This document shows, one piece after another, positions 22,005 through 35,407 of a stretch of 36,662 nucleotides of DNA. The translations under genes and the position numbers were made by a program. The DNA comes from Octopus bimaculoides. Taxonomy: Eukaryota. Positions within the stretch are counted from its first letter, which is position 1, and every line of letters starts with the position of its first letter. Where the stretch lies: positions 72,522,941-72,559,602 of the forward strand of contig NC_068981.1 of assembly GCF_001194135.2 (NCBI RefSeq), given 5' to 3'. The notes under the pieces were generated by a model, which saw only the letters and a program-made list of their open reading frames with translations, was not told the origin of the DNA and did not search any database.

Positions 22005-22445
22005 AAGTGATCATCTTTCTTTTCTTTCGGGACTGTCTTAAGGACAGCACGTATCCTATCCCTCTCTTCTATCTTTTCTCTTGTCAAAGAAATATTTCTC
22101 CAACGTTTGCTACTTTACTCTCGTTCTGTTCTAACGACCCTCCATGTTTGTTTTCGTCTGGTTTCCTTGTATGTCTTCACTGTCCTGTTTTTGTCCCCAA
22201 CTTTGACCCTCCATAAATCCCAAATTTTATTTTGGTACTTATGGGAGCAACTGTCTTCGAAGACTCATATTGTCGTTCAATGTTCGAAACGAGGAGTAGA
22301 CAGTCGACAATTGATGACGGGTCGTTCTTTGTGTTACTTGTCCTGTTTTCCATTTGTTTCTCTGGTTGTTTGCGTATTGAACTCATTTGCTTTCGTATTT
22401 CATGTTGTTTACTATTGGTGACGTTTTATACCCATACATGCATGT
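22005..22445. repeat. Pyrimidine-rich repeat-like segment with a hammerhead-like arrangement
   Basis: Its end (GTGACGTTTTATACCCATACATGCA) resembles the reverse complement of 7230-7256, suggesting a dispersed family. The retroelement class is uncertain. Confidence 0.4.
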
Positions 22446-22447
22446 GA

Positions 22448-22449
<2 letters not shown>

Positions 22450-22500
<51 letters not shown>

Positions 22501-22588
22501 ATATGCATGTATATGTATTATTTTATATTATTATTTGGTTGAACGCCACGCATCCATTTCCAAGTATATATATATATGTATATACACG

Positions 22589-22658
<70 letters not shown>

Positions 22659-22727
22659 CACACACACTCACACACACACACACACACACAAACACAGAGA
22701 GAGAGAGAGAGAAGCACACACACACTC

Positions 22728-22761
<34 letters not shown>

Positions 22762-22775
22762 GCATATATATATTT
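22450..22775. repeat. Compound CA/GA/TA microsatellite cluster
   Basis: Direct reading; explains the overlapping ORFs 22503-22864. Confidence 0.95.
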
Positions 22776-25700
22776 GATGTGGTTTGTATGTGTCGTATGA
22801 TGTAGGTAATACTTCCTACTACTTTTGGAAAACCTTTATCTATATTAGTCGAAAGAACAATCACCTACCCAGACATAAAAATAGACGGGTCAGTGAACGA
22901 AATGTTTATATTGAACAGAGTCACAAGAAGGACGCATAAAATGCAGTGAAGCTCATACATAGTTAATACTCCAGAAATGGATAGAATATATACAGTGATA
23001 GTATAATGTGGATAGCTTTATTTTGTCTTACGTATCAGATTCCATTTGTAAATAAATCAATGTTTTAACGAATAATGTTTTAAAAGAAGATAACAATGTA
23101 TGTTTTGAACATGTCGTGGAGCTTTGGCCAGGAAAAAAGAACAAAAAAAAAAAAACAAACTAAAGTTGTTAGAACTTCTAAGTCACAACTAGGTAAAGCG
23201 TAATGTGCCTAGTTTTCAAGAAGGAAACTCAACAGGGTAACTCTTTTTGGGGTGATTTAACTTGCCAAAAGTAATAGCCAAATCTCTTCAAATTACACCA
23301 TATTCTTGAAAAAACAAAACGAAACAAAAGAAACAAATAGAAACACACAATAGATATTGTAGCCTAAGATAAATAAAGGTGATATTGCTATCGTTCTAAC
23401 TTCTTTTACTTTGTGTTAAACAACAATAATGTCTGCAGATTGACTACAGCGTCATTGATTTTGTGTTGTAGCTGTCGTTCTTTTCTTTGATTACTCAACT
23501 GGATCTGCTGCATCCGTTGGATCAGGGAGGAACTGTTAAAAAATATCTCATTGGAAACATTCTACCATTTTTCTTTTTATTTTAACAAGTTTAGTTTCAG
23601 TAATGTTAGTTATTATTGCAGTTTTAGTTACAGGGTCAATGGTTGGAACCTATCGATAAGAAACAATATGGTCTTTGATGTATCATGTTATTTTAACTAT
23701 AAAACAATATTAGAAATGAGGAAAATGACAGAGATATAAAACAAAACTTAGAGGGGAAAGAGAGAACCTAAAAATAAAGTATGGTAGAAAAATTACAGAG
23801 AGAAAGAGAGGGAGAGAGGGAGAGAGAGAGAGAGGTGGGGAGAAATGTAAGGGAGAAAGATGCCTAACGAGAAATAGTCATTGGAGTGAATATCTCAACA
23901 CACATTAACAAAGAAGGATAGAGAGAAAGAGAGAAAGAGAGTGAGGGGAAAAGAAAGAGAAAAAGAAAGAGAGGGTGATTAACATGAAAAGGGTAGAAAC
24001 AAATCACTGAAGGACACTCCATTTTGATGAAGAGGAAGAAAAACTTTCAAATATTGATCTGGATAGAGATTTAATAGGATAGTTATTATGTTAAAACTCT
24101 GCACACAAGATTAGCATGAATGGATGGCGATATAATGTATTCCACAAGAAATAGCGATGGCATAATGATGTGATGCAACTTGCCCAGTTAACAGTGACTT
24201 AGTCTTCTCCTATGGTCTTCGTTCTGACAAACCTAAATATTTTAGAATCAAACGTAATCTAGACTATGATATATAAGGTTTAAGTTCTCCTTTGCATAAA
24301 TATTTGTGCTTTAAATAATTACGTGCTGTGTAGTTATTTGTGGACGATTATATATGTAAATTTATGTGATAGTAATAACCCATTAAATTGTAATACACCG
24401 CTAATGTCGGTCTTCCGGTAATGTATCTAATATAAGTCAACATAGTACGTTACCATACAGCATTACAAATAAACGAAAGTATACAGTACACTTGCTTAAA
24501 GTGTTTCTGTTTCTCATTTATCATCTACCTATTTATCTTATAGCTTATTCATAGCATCCATTTACTGTTTAGTAAGCTGAATCATTCGTTTTCATTCTTA
24601 TGGAAATTGTTCCGGTTATAAATAAAAATATAAATTAGGTACAATTTAGTCGGTAGTTGGATACTATATTCATTTGGTTCTCTTGAAATTTATTTAGATT
24701 TGATTGTAATTGTACATGCTTTCTTTTAGACTAATATTAAGTTCTGTTAAAGCTGTTGCGCGCGTCATAAAGAAGACCAACAGGTGAACTCCTCGTCGAC
24801 TAATACAATATAGCTAATACAATATAGCTTTATTTCCAGATGATCCATGTCATTTTACGTCACTAGCACTCAAGGAAAAGGCAAAAGTAGGCCATACAGT
24901 TTCCTAAGTTCCATCTCCCTAAAGTATAGAGACTAGTTTCTCCACTGAAAAAGATACTAAAATTTCGAAGACAGTTCCGTTACGCTAACTCGAGAAAGGT
25001 TTAAAGACAACATTGTGTACAATTAAAAGAAACCAATATTTCAATATTAATGTAATAAGAGTCGTATAGCAAGAGGTAAGTTTCTAACAAGCAAATATTG
25101 AGACAACATTTATAGCAATATGTCAACTCAATAATTCACTTCTGCGAATATAATTGTAATTTCCCTTTAAAGACAATTCATTTTACGGTAGCGACTTATG
25201 TCACAAGAAAATCTACAAATGCTTCAATATATTAAAATATATAGCATTTCTGAAGAGTAAAGTAAACAAATATTGCAATAAAAGAGTTTAATAAGTTCAA
25301 CTGCTGCTAGAAGTAAAGACTCAAACATTTTAGTCTCTGTGTAGTCATGCCAGATAGAAGAAGATAAAGACTAATATTCTGGCTTAACTGCTGTCATTTG
25401 AATAGCTTAACTATTGTCATATGAGTAGGTAATAGTTAAAGTTACAACGCTACTTTCTGTATCACAGACTCTCTGGCGAAGGCTATTAGTCTGAAATATT
25501 AAATTTTCCACACTTCACGGCGGCAACTGTATTTACCGAACACATCTGAGAACTTTTATATAGACATATTGTTGTTGATACAGTCCAACATAACTTTCAT
25601 CGTATCTCACATATTTTACCCAAATATTTCAATCACACGTACGGAATATTTTCATTTATTTTACTTAAAACCATAATCGTCATTAGGGACATCAAAATCA

Positions 25701-25811
25701 AGTCGGTAACGAAGCGGGTAACTCGGACTATCATGTTAGATTTTCTATAATGTAAAACTAAAACCTCGGAGGATGTCCCCACTCTCGCTCTTGAAAATTC
25801 TATAGTAGTCA

Positions 25812-25953
25812 TTTTTACTAGCTAAGTGGACAGGAGCAATACGAAATGAATTGTTGTATTCCCTGGCACAACACGGCACCCAGTCCGGGAATCGATCACG
25901 TGATCTTATAGATCATGAGCACGACACTTAAACCTGTAGAACATGCGCCTTCA
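25812..25953 (-). mobile_element. SINE family C head and body
   Basis: Minus strand TGAAGGCGCATG...TCATGATCTATAAGATCACGTGATCGATTCCCGGAC...ATTTCGTATTGCTCCTGTCCACTTAGC matches 8543-8690. Confidence 0.75.
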
Positions 25954-28146
25954 ATAATTAAAGTAAAAGTAAAATAATGACTCATGGAAGTTGACATTCA
26001 AAACTGATTTATTACTAATATAGGAAGCATACGTTAGACATTTCTTAAACGATTTCTCGTAAAAATAAAATTCTCTTTACAATAATGAATAACAATTTTA
26101 GCTTCACTGCTCATCAGTGTTTTTACTGACATTTTAGTCTTTCAGCTCTTTTGCTTTTTTTTTTTTTTGTTACAGATAATTACGAAATGTATTGAATCGA
26201 ATATATAAGAACATATAAATATTAGGAAATTATCATATGGCTATATGCTTTATATTCGTCTTATATTATTGAATATCCCTGTATTTCGTCTGTCAAATAC
26301 TGGCATGATGAAATTTGGTTTTGATTTATAGGGATAAATTAAAGAGATATCAAGAATATACGTACTGAATTGAATCAATCATTTATATCCTAATATTTTT
26401 TCAATTTTTAATTCAATTTCCCTTTCCCAAGCATTTTCATAAGTTTCTTTGAAACGTTCATTAATGTTATTAGATTTTGAGTTAGGCCTTGTTTCATACG
26501 TTCTGGGTAATATAAAGGTTTCCTTTCATAAGTTCCGAGTTACTCTGGGGTTAAAAAAAAATGGAAATGTGTATCTCAGATGATACAAGAACGCCACGAA
26601 AATGTGCCTTAGTGTTTGATATGTGATACGCAGGAATACCAAAGGTTAAGAAGTTTTATATGAAATTGAATATATTCCTACAAATCTTTATTTGGGTATT
26701 TATATATCATTGACATGTTAGCAAGTAGCATAGAGCAAGAAGTATAGGCAAATTAATTCTAGTTAAAATCTTTTCATTTTGTTTTCACTGCCACTATACT
26801 TGAAATAGACACAAGCTTCACAATTTCCTACTTAAACCCCTTACAAATATGCAGTCATTCAGCTTGTAAAAATGTATTTCCATTAATGCTGGGGTTATTC
26901 TCAATATATCTCTATTAAGACACTCATTCAAAGATACACATCATTTATGCTAATTTGACTTCGTGTTTTACTTCCTACATTATATACTTTTATTTAATAT
27001 TAGAGAATTCTTATCTCCCTTCATTGTTGAATAAGAAATTGCAAGTAATCAAGATAAATTGCAAGCAATTACGATAAAAACAAAACCTGAAAAGTCTGAA
27101 ATACTTATTTCAATTTTACCTGCATTTTACAAATTTTATAATAGCTATAAACATAACATTGAACAAGTTAGTTTCAAATGACTATAGTAGTTTTTTTTTT
27201 GTTATCGAAATATTTTTAATAGCTTGATAGCAACCTCTGCATGCAACGGCGCTACACTCTCATTGTGAAAGGTTTGTATTCAAAGCTGTAAATTGATAAG
27301 ATTCATTGACTCATTTCAGAACCAGTTGAAGGCAAAATGGCTGACATTATGAATGCATTCTCTTTTGTTTTCATGATTAGAATCGTATAAGCTTCTGTCT
27401 TTAACATAAAAAATGTCACCATGGTTCAAGTGATAAAGCAAAATTAATTGGATTTTACAATCCAGCTCTTGAGCGCAAATTGAAGAGTTACGATGAAAAC
27501 ATTTTACTAAGAAACAAAGAAAAACAAATCTATTCAATAAATATTTTCATCATTGCAGCTATAGGGTGCAGATCGATGTATCCATGTTAATGCATGTGTG
27601 CAAGAAGACATGCATTTCAATTAACGAGTGCATGTCCACATGTACACACTGCACTATAGACGCATCCTCACACACACGGTTGATTTACAACAGCATATTT
27701 TAATAAACTAATAAATTTGCTGAAGCGGTGTAGAATGTGATATCAATAGAATACTTAGCGGAATGTCAGCAGCTGGATCAGGGATTAATATCCGCTGGTA
27801 AAACATTTAATCCAAGTAACGAATAGTAAGCAGCAGCACTACTGTGAAGCTGAGGAGTGAGAAGAGTTACTTATGAAAACCCAGCATCCCTTTCAGGTCA
27901 TAATTTATCTTTCAACATTTAGCAATGTGGGAATTAAAACTTTACATCCTATATATATATATATNNNNNNNNNNTTCTCTCTTTATACATACACACGCTA
28001 ATACACGACCTATGTTATAATCCCTACTCATGTTTATACAATGAAAGGAGCAAAACTAGCCGGTATACACCACTTACTCGGTATTACCTGTATCTTTGGG
28101 TTTGGTTGAATCCAATACCCTTCATAACCTTATATATATATATATA

Positions 28147-28340
28147 ATCATGGCTTCAGTTCCTGAACCAGATGATGCGTTGTGTTCTTGCTCAAAACAC
28201 TTCGTTTCACTTTGCTCTCTGCTGTGGCGAAGATGAGCAACCCTGCGACGGGCTGTCATCCCATCCAGGTGGAGAATATATACACCTCAGATTCTGAGAA
28301 ACAGGCCTTATGATCCCACGGTTAATCAAGGATCTTTGAT
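28147..28340 (+). mobile_element. 5'-truncated SINE family C with AACCCTGCGA central domain
   Basis: GATGCGTTGTGTTCTTGCTCAAAACACTTCGTTTCAC...AACCCTGCGACGGGCTGTCATCCCATCCAGG. The central motif recalls conserved metazoan SINE domains (recalled, not searched). Confidence 0.65.
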
Positions 28341-29837
28341 CCCTATTGATATATGTAATATATGCTTGTGTGTTTATGGATTTTCATGTATGTGTGTGGG
28401 TAATTGTGTGTGTCTGTATATATGTAAGCATGCATATTTGTACGTATGTGTGTATTAAAGGACAGTAAGCAATCTAAATAACAGAAGGCTATAATCATAT
28501 AATCCAAGAATTGAATATTCTAAAATAGTTGTAGACACTATCCTAATTTTGAGTTACGAGTTGCGACTTAAGCCTAGAGATATTATATTTAATGTAACAC
28601 AGAGCGTCTCGCATACCGTTCAGTTATTTTAGTACATCCATAGTGCTTTAATCAACTTATAAAATTGAAACTAGCTAACGGGGAAACCTTTGTGTAGTCT
28701 CTTAGATCACACTGTTATCTTAAAATAAATGTGGTGCACATTGGCTACTAATTAATTCTTAGTTGCAGGGTGCCTGACTAAAAAGAATATGGATCATTGG
28801 TTTGCTTAATATGAGGTGGCTTGGTGGTGGTGGTGGTGGTGGGGGGGGAGAATAATAATTTGTAAAACTGAATAGTAATGATAACCAAAAGAGATAAATA
28901 AACAAACGAATAAAAAAAATAAAATATATATGTCTATAAAAATAAAATAAATCTTCTCTGTCATATTTTCTGCATCTGCAATAGTTAACTAGAAATTAGT
29001 CTCTTGTTTGAGAATACTTGCAAACAGGCTACATTTTTTTTCTTGTTCAGTTCTAGTGGCTATCTCCAGTAAAGTATGTATAAAGTTTCTCAGAAACTGT
29101 GTTATATGTTTAAAAGTACACGATCTTTAAGAAAACCAAGTAACATCGATTGCAAAAGTCTTAAAATTATGATGTGGTTTGTTTAACGCATGCACATGAA
29201 TGCCAATTCAAGGGATTGATTTTTCCTAAACCGGGGTTCTGAACAAAAGTATACTTTACCATGCAAAATTTGACTGACACGAGATTAAGAACATAGTTAT
29301 GAAACATATGAATCGAAACCTCAGTGAGATCTGACCTACCGACAATGAAATTTATTGGTGCTGGTCGTTTTAAATTGAATGTTTTCCCAACATTTTATGA
29401 GTATATTCTACAGTTGTTTCGTTATCTTTGATATAACCACGCCTTTGGCTAAGAAAATTTAGTTTATATGGATCCTGTTCAAAGAAATTTGTTATCTTTG
29501 CTTGATGTATTGCGTAGTAAATAATTGTAAACAACTCGAGACAATACAAACAAACAGTACAAGAATTTCCGTCAGATAAATCGGTAGAAAAAAATGCGAT
29601 CATTTTATAAATTACTGTATAAAATAGTTGAGTTTTTTCTATACCTTAAGAGTTAAAAAGAAATCCATGATAGTTGGGATAACAAAATTTCGCTAAAAAT
29701 AGAGATTGTGTTCGAATACAGTCTGAAATTTTAAGAAAAGTGAATATTTTTGATTTTCATATCACCTTTCCTCTTTAGTTGACCATGTTTTTGCATGTAA
29801 AAATGTCGATGGCGTCTGTAAAAGCACCTATGGAAAC

Positions 29838-30178
29838 GTTGTTGTTGGCACTCCGTCGCTTACGACGATGAGGGTTCCAGTTGATCCGATCAACGGAACA
29901 GCTTGCTCATGAAATTAACGTGCAAGTGGCTGAGCACTCCACACACGTGTACCCTTAACGTAGTTCTCGGGGATATTCAACTTGACAAGGCTGACCCTTT
30001 GAATTACAGGCACAACAGAAACAGGAAGTAAGAGTGAGAGAAAGTTGTGGTGAAAGAGTACAGCAGCGTTCGCCACCATCCCCTGCCGGAGCCTCGTAGA
30101 GCTTAAGGTGTTTTCGCTCAATAAACACTCACAACGCCTGGTCTGGGAATCGAAACCGCGATCCTATGACTGCGAGTC
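29838..30178 (-). mobile_element. tRNA-derived SINE family B, nearly full length, 5' end clipped
   Basis: Minus strand has B-box GGTTTCGATTCCC, a body, and a 3' stem-loop tail ending in AAC repeats. The tail matches 7101-7187. Confidence 0.88.
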
Positions 30179-30293
30179 TAAAAAAAAAAGAACAAACTCT
30201 GTTTGTTTACTTTCATCGTAAAGTTGAATTTAACGTTAGCGTCTTATGAAGCTAAATTTATAAGTTCTAAAATTGCAGGAGAATTCGTTGCTG

Positions 30294-30365
30294 GGCAGTT
30301 TAGTTTACTGGTAAAACATTTGACGCGTAATCACAGAGATGTGAGTTCGAGTCTCATGGCTGGCC
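30294..30365 (+). pseudogene. tRNA-like sequence (anticodon position CGT, Thr-like), probably a pseudogene or SINE head
   Basis: Manual cloverleaf: D stem GTTT/AAAC with loop ACTGGTA; T stem GTGAG/CTCAT with loop TTCGAGT; anticodon loop CGCGTAA (G where U33 is expected); one mismatch each in the anticodon and acceptor stems. Confidence 0.6.
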
Positions 30366-30954
30366 AGTGACGTATTTTTCTGCAATAAATGGATAATTTA
30401 TCCTGATCACGCTATTTATAGCATTATCACGCGTTTGAGAAATAAATTTATTTCTGTATCTTACAATACGTCTCAACGCTTCTAAAAAAAAGAACAAACT
30501 TTGTTTGTTTACTTTCATCGTAAAGTTAAATAATATTTTTTTGTTTTTTATTTCGTTTTGTCTCTCGAATGTTCTAAAATGGCACCGAGTTCAAATTGTA
30601 TCGGAATTTGCTTTACATTCTCTCGGCTTCGATAAATAATAAATATACGGTACGTACTTGAAATCGATTATGCACTTTTTTCCACAAATTTCGATCTGAA
30701 ATCCAATTGAAAGATGACAATGCAGATGAAGTTAAGCTTACAATGATCCACATCTAATTTGTCAGTATGTTTGACATTTTATTATACTCCAAGATCCTTT
30801 TTTTATACAAAATAATAGCTCACAGAGTGAATCGGGGTTATTTAATCAATATTCTGCAGCTTGTACTAAGCTACCACTAACATTATCATAAAAAATATGT
30901 TCGCCGTTACGATGATAGTTCTTTTATATAGCCCATAAAGCTCTGGTTTAATTG

Positions 30955-31215
30955 TTGAAAAATATCTTCGTTGTCATTGTCCTTTCCACTCTCAATGCCA
31001 GTATTATGGTTGTCAACCTCCTGTTCCTCCTCATTATCATCCTCATTATTATTGTCGTTCCTCCCTCAACCTTCAATAGCAATAACAACGTCGATGACGA
31101 CTACGACTACAAGAACGACAACATCGTGAGTGCTGGTCTTGTAGTTTTAATCATCGCGCTGTTGCTGTGGTTACTGTTGTTGTTGTTTCTGCTGCTGTCA
31201 TCGACAAATAACACT
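30955..31215. repeat. Decayed trinucleotide mosaic (CAT/CCT/GAC/AAC/GTT)
   Basis: Low-complexity triplet runs; explains hydrophobic ORF 30952-31224. Confidence 0.75.
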
Positions 31216-31771
31216 GTTCTATAAGTCTAGCTAATATCGGAATAAATACTGTCAGGCAAAGCTGAGCACTCTTTGCACTTAAGTCCAATAAAGTGTTTTC
31301 CTTTTAAAATAGGCATTCTAGAGCGAAGAGAGTCAGATATCAAACGTGTGATAAGGTACCTTCTCAGTTTAATTTATTCTCAAAGTTTGAAATTGCACCT
31401 GATCTTTGAACATAAACTGATTAACAAAATTAATCTTAAATCTTCGCCGACTTTAAATCTAGGTTTTTGAATTTGAATAAATTTCCATACGTACGTTTGC
31501 TTAATCCTTTGCTATATTTTTACTCTTGTAATAACTAAAAATACTGGATATGTTTTTTGTTGCTCACGTTTGATCTTTATTACAACTCATCCAAATTTTT
31601 TATTCATGTACTCAATGTTATTAGACAATTTGTGAAAACGAATTTGCTGAAACATAAAATAAATTTATACGAGGTTTCGTGTTTGGAATAATGTCTCAAC
31701 TTCAGTGGTGGATTATTTATACTATAAACAGAAACAACGAAGCATAATAGTTGGTGAAAATTATGTAATAT

Positions 31772-31950
31772 TGGTTTCATATTTTGGCACAAGGCAGCAA
31801 TCCCAGATGCGGGAGTGAGTCATATACACTGGACCCAGTGCTCAACTGGTACTTATTTTATCAAGCCTGATAAAGTCAACATCGGTAGGATTTGAACTCA
31901 GAACGTTAAGACAGAGGAGAGACAGCTAAGCGGTTTGCCCGGTGTGCCTT
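31772..31950 (-). mobile_element. Diverged SINE family A copy (first of a tandem pair)
   Basis: GGTTTCATATTTTGGCACAAGG...CCCAGTGCTCAACTGGTACTTATTTTATC...GATTTGAACTCAGAACG. Confidence 0.82.
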
Positions 31951-31965
31951 ATAGATATGTAATAT

Positions 31966-32172
31966 CGGTTTCAAATTTTTGCACAAGACCAGCAATGTCG
32001 GGTGAGGGGCACATCGATTACATCGGCCTCAGTGCTTGACTGATACTTATTTTATCGATTATAGGAGGATGAAAGCAAAGTCAGCGGAACTTGAACTCAG
32101 AACGTAAAGAGGGACGTAATGCCGCTAAGCATTTTGCGCGGCGTGCTAACGATTCTACCAGTTCACCGCGTT
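31966..32172 (-). mobile_element. SINE family A copy (second of a tandem pair)
   Basis: GGTTTCAAATTTTTGCACAAG...ATCGATTACATCGGCCTCAGTGC...TTGAACTCAGAACG...GGCGTGCTAACGATTCTACCAGTTCACCG. Confidence 0.88.
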
Positions 32173-32395
32173 ATGAATATGTAATATTGATGTTTATCCA
32201 TAAAAGATGATTTGGCGTTCATGTTTTTTTTCAAAACATCCGTTACCTGATTAAGTACCACTACCGTGAGTACCTTTTAGCAAAATTCACTGTTAAATTT
32301 ATTCGAATCAGGTTTGAGTGAATAACTTCTTCCTTTCCTCTCACGATTACGGTGCCATTGATCATGAACGTTGTCCTTTCTCCTCTGAATAAACC

Positions 32396-32495
<100 letters not shown>

Positions 32496-35407
32496 GGGAG
32501 AAGGGGAAGAACTAAGTTTTGAGATCGCTGGCAGCTTATCTTTTACCCTTTAACATTCACTCACAAGGTTATATCATATTTGTTGTTTATGTCATGCAGT
32601 TACAATCGGTTGGGGGTCAAGTTAGAAAATTCGATTTTAAGTGGGTGAAAGTATCTAGAATATATTCTTGGGTTTATCTTTTCTAAATCATGAATCTTCA
32701 GTTACTAAGAATTCAAAATGAAACGAAAATACTTGAAAATAAAGATACGTATGGTGGCATTAGGAAGTGGAAAGAAAGAGAATAGTATAAGAAATGCATA
32801 AATGGTGGGAAATGTTGTTGATTATTGTCCTCGTCAATACTTGCTGAATTACTTCATTTATCTCTGTGTTAATAAAGATGCGTTTAAGATTCCAATAACC
32901 CGCTTTTTGTATATTTGACCGTTCTAGTCTGTGTAGCTATCCACCGGATATTATAGATATCCTATACTGTCCTTATCTGCTAATGTAACGATAACTTCTA
33001 TATAGGACTTGGAAGACTCGCTCTGTTTTCAGCGCATTAGAATATTTGAGAGGCTTTCAATATCTGTCACAGTCAATCGGAAATGCCTAAGAACGGCAGA
33101 AAATTTTCAACACCCGCCATTTAGTTACTACAATACTCACAATTCTCACAACTGATACTATATCAATGTCACTAGCACTACTGAACGAGGTGTTACTTGG
33201 AAATTATCCATACGCTTAGAGAATATGCTTATCTAGTCTTTGTTAGCATACAAATGGCCATCTGCTGCAAAACATCACCCCTACTCTTATACATTTCTAG
33301 GACAGCCGATGCAACGTTCGATTCTAGGAGGATAGAATTTACCTGGAGTATTAGACCATACAGAACACTCCAGTCAATCAGGTTCAACCATACACGGTTT
33401 ATATCTTGTAGAAGGATCGAAAATCATGATGATCTGAATGTATAGTTTATCTTGTGGTTATTACGTCAAAATTCAGCGACTTGGAATCCTTCAGTACGTG
33501 AATTTTCCTCCACTGAGGTTAAACTTGTCATCCACTATTTATATTATATCAGTTCAGTACTACGGTCGCTGCTTCTAATTCCTTCATTTCTTTCTTTATT
33601 GTACCTACAATTCAAGGTCCATCCTAATCACTTTGTGAGATTCTATTTCAGCTTGAGGATTACGTTAATGGTTCATGCGTCTGTAGAATACTCAACTGCT
33701 TACATTTTAATTTCTTGAGCAGGAATTCAGTTGGGTGAACAAATAAATGCTCCTTCTGGAACCCGACAAAAAAATCAATCAACATTTTCTCGTTTCACTG
33801 CTGTTTTGAAATGGCATTACACAGTTAACACCTGCAAATTATTATATTTTCCCAGTATATCCTCTGATAAAGGCACATTTTTACTTTGGCAAACAGAAAT
33901 TGCATAGCAGACGATAGCTTTAGCTTTACTAATTACCACGGCTGTCATGGTTACTTCCGACCGCACCCGTCTCTTTAAATATGAAATTTGTTAACATTCA
34001 GTAAAAATATTTGTCCGTAATCTGCAGATATATTTGTATCTCCTATAATTAGTAGAGAGAATAGTAGTTTTCAAACTCTCTTTCTTTCCCGAGAAAGTCC
34101 GAAACAATTATATCGATAGAAAATACAAAATTTCGTTAGAGAAATTTAGAAATACCTGTGTAAACTTGCTGAGCATCTAGATTTACAATCAGAACAATCC
34201 GAGATGATGATGATGATAATGATGGTGGTGGTAGTTGTGGTAAAATTAATAACAGTTTCTAATTTAGACACAAGATCGGAAATTTAGTGTGTGAATGGTG
34301 GTGGGTCAGACGATTACATTATTCCAGTTCATGACTGATAGAGACCTCAAACGACTACATAATAACGAAAATTACGTAGACGGTAGCAATCTATCCATAT
34401 TGTGTCACTAAGATGATTATGTTCCAGATCAACCTTGTCACCAATGAATCTTAAAGTGAGCTTCGTGTTCCCTCATCCTTAATTATTAGTTTGTGAGAAG
34501 GCGTGGTGAATTAGACGAGTTTGTCAATTTTAACACTAACATGTATTGTGATCAATACTCTTCCTAGCCTAATGTAAGGGAACACAGCCCACATATCGAC
34601 TTGAATTGTCTGCAATTGCTATTTCGAGAGCATAAAAAAGAAAAAAACCAAAAAAAAACCTCTGTGTCTTTCTAGATGCAGATATATTTCCTTTTCCCCT
34701 GCTGTTTGAAAAGGGGCTTAGGTATTGATGCGTTTACCTTTGTCACCCAGCAGTCTAAGGCCAGACATTTTCAACGCTGGATAATTCATATCTAAACCTC
34801 ATCTGTTTGAGAGAGCTCCAACGAAAAAAGAATGATTACAAACGCTTTTTTTTGTTTCCCCGCTTCGAACTTTGTATTCATTTGATGTCATTTTCAATAT
34901 TTATTCGCTTGACAAGCACGCACGTTGTTCTTATTTTATGTCATGTAAATTTGCATTTTTGGCTATTTAATTGTAACTGGCTGCATTAAGTGTATCGTTT
35001 TTATTGTAACATTTATTCTGTTAATCTCATTTTTTTTCCTATGAAATCTTTTATCTTTATTGCATTGGTTTTCGTTTGTTCGAAGATTAAATGAATACTG
35101 TTTCAAATGGGGATGCATATTCTATTCTACTCTCTTTCTTGTTATTAGCTCTCACTGTTCCTCTAATGGAGAAAGCCACATTGAAAATTTCTGTAAAATA
35201 CAAAATTCTGGGAAAATAATTAAAATATTATTTGAAATAGACGTTGGGATGAATGTGCTAACGCTATAACGTCACCTATTGGTAAAATAATTAAAAAAGG
35301 AATAATTTTCATCCAGTTAAACTTGTTTTTGATACAAAAATTCTTGGGAAGATTTATAACGTCATCTTACACGACAGCACACTCATAATAATAATAATAA
35401 TAACAAT

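Noticed and set aside
27555-27662. Loose hairpin (CTATAGGGTGCAG...CTGCACTATAG, AATGCATGT/ACATGCATT)
   Set aside because: Pairing is discontinuous and largely explained by CATG/TGCA-rich low complexity.
30952-31224. 90 aa hydrophobic ORF resembling a membrane protein
   Set aside because: It arises from decayed trinucleotide repeats and has no ATG start or splice context.
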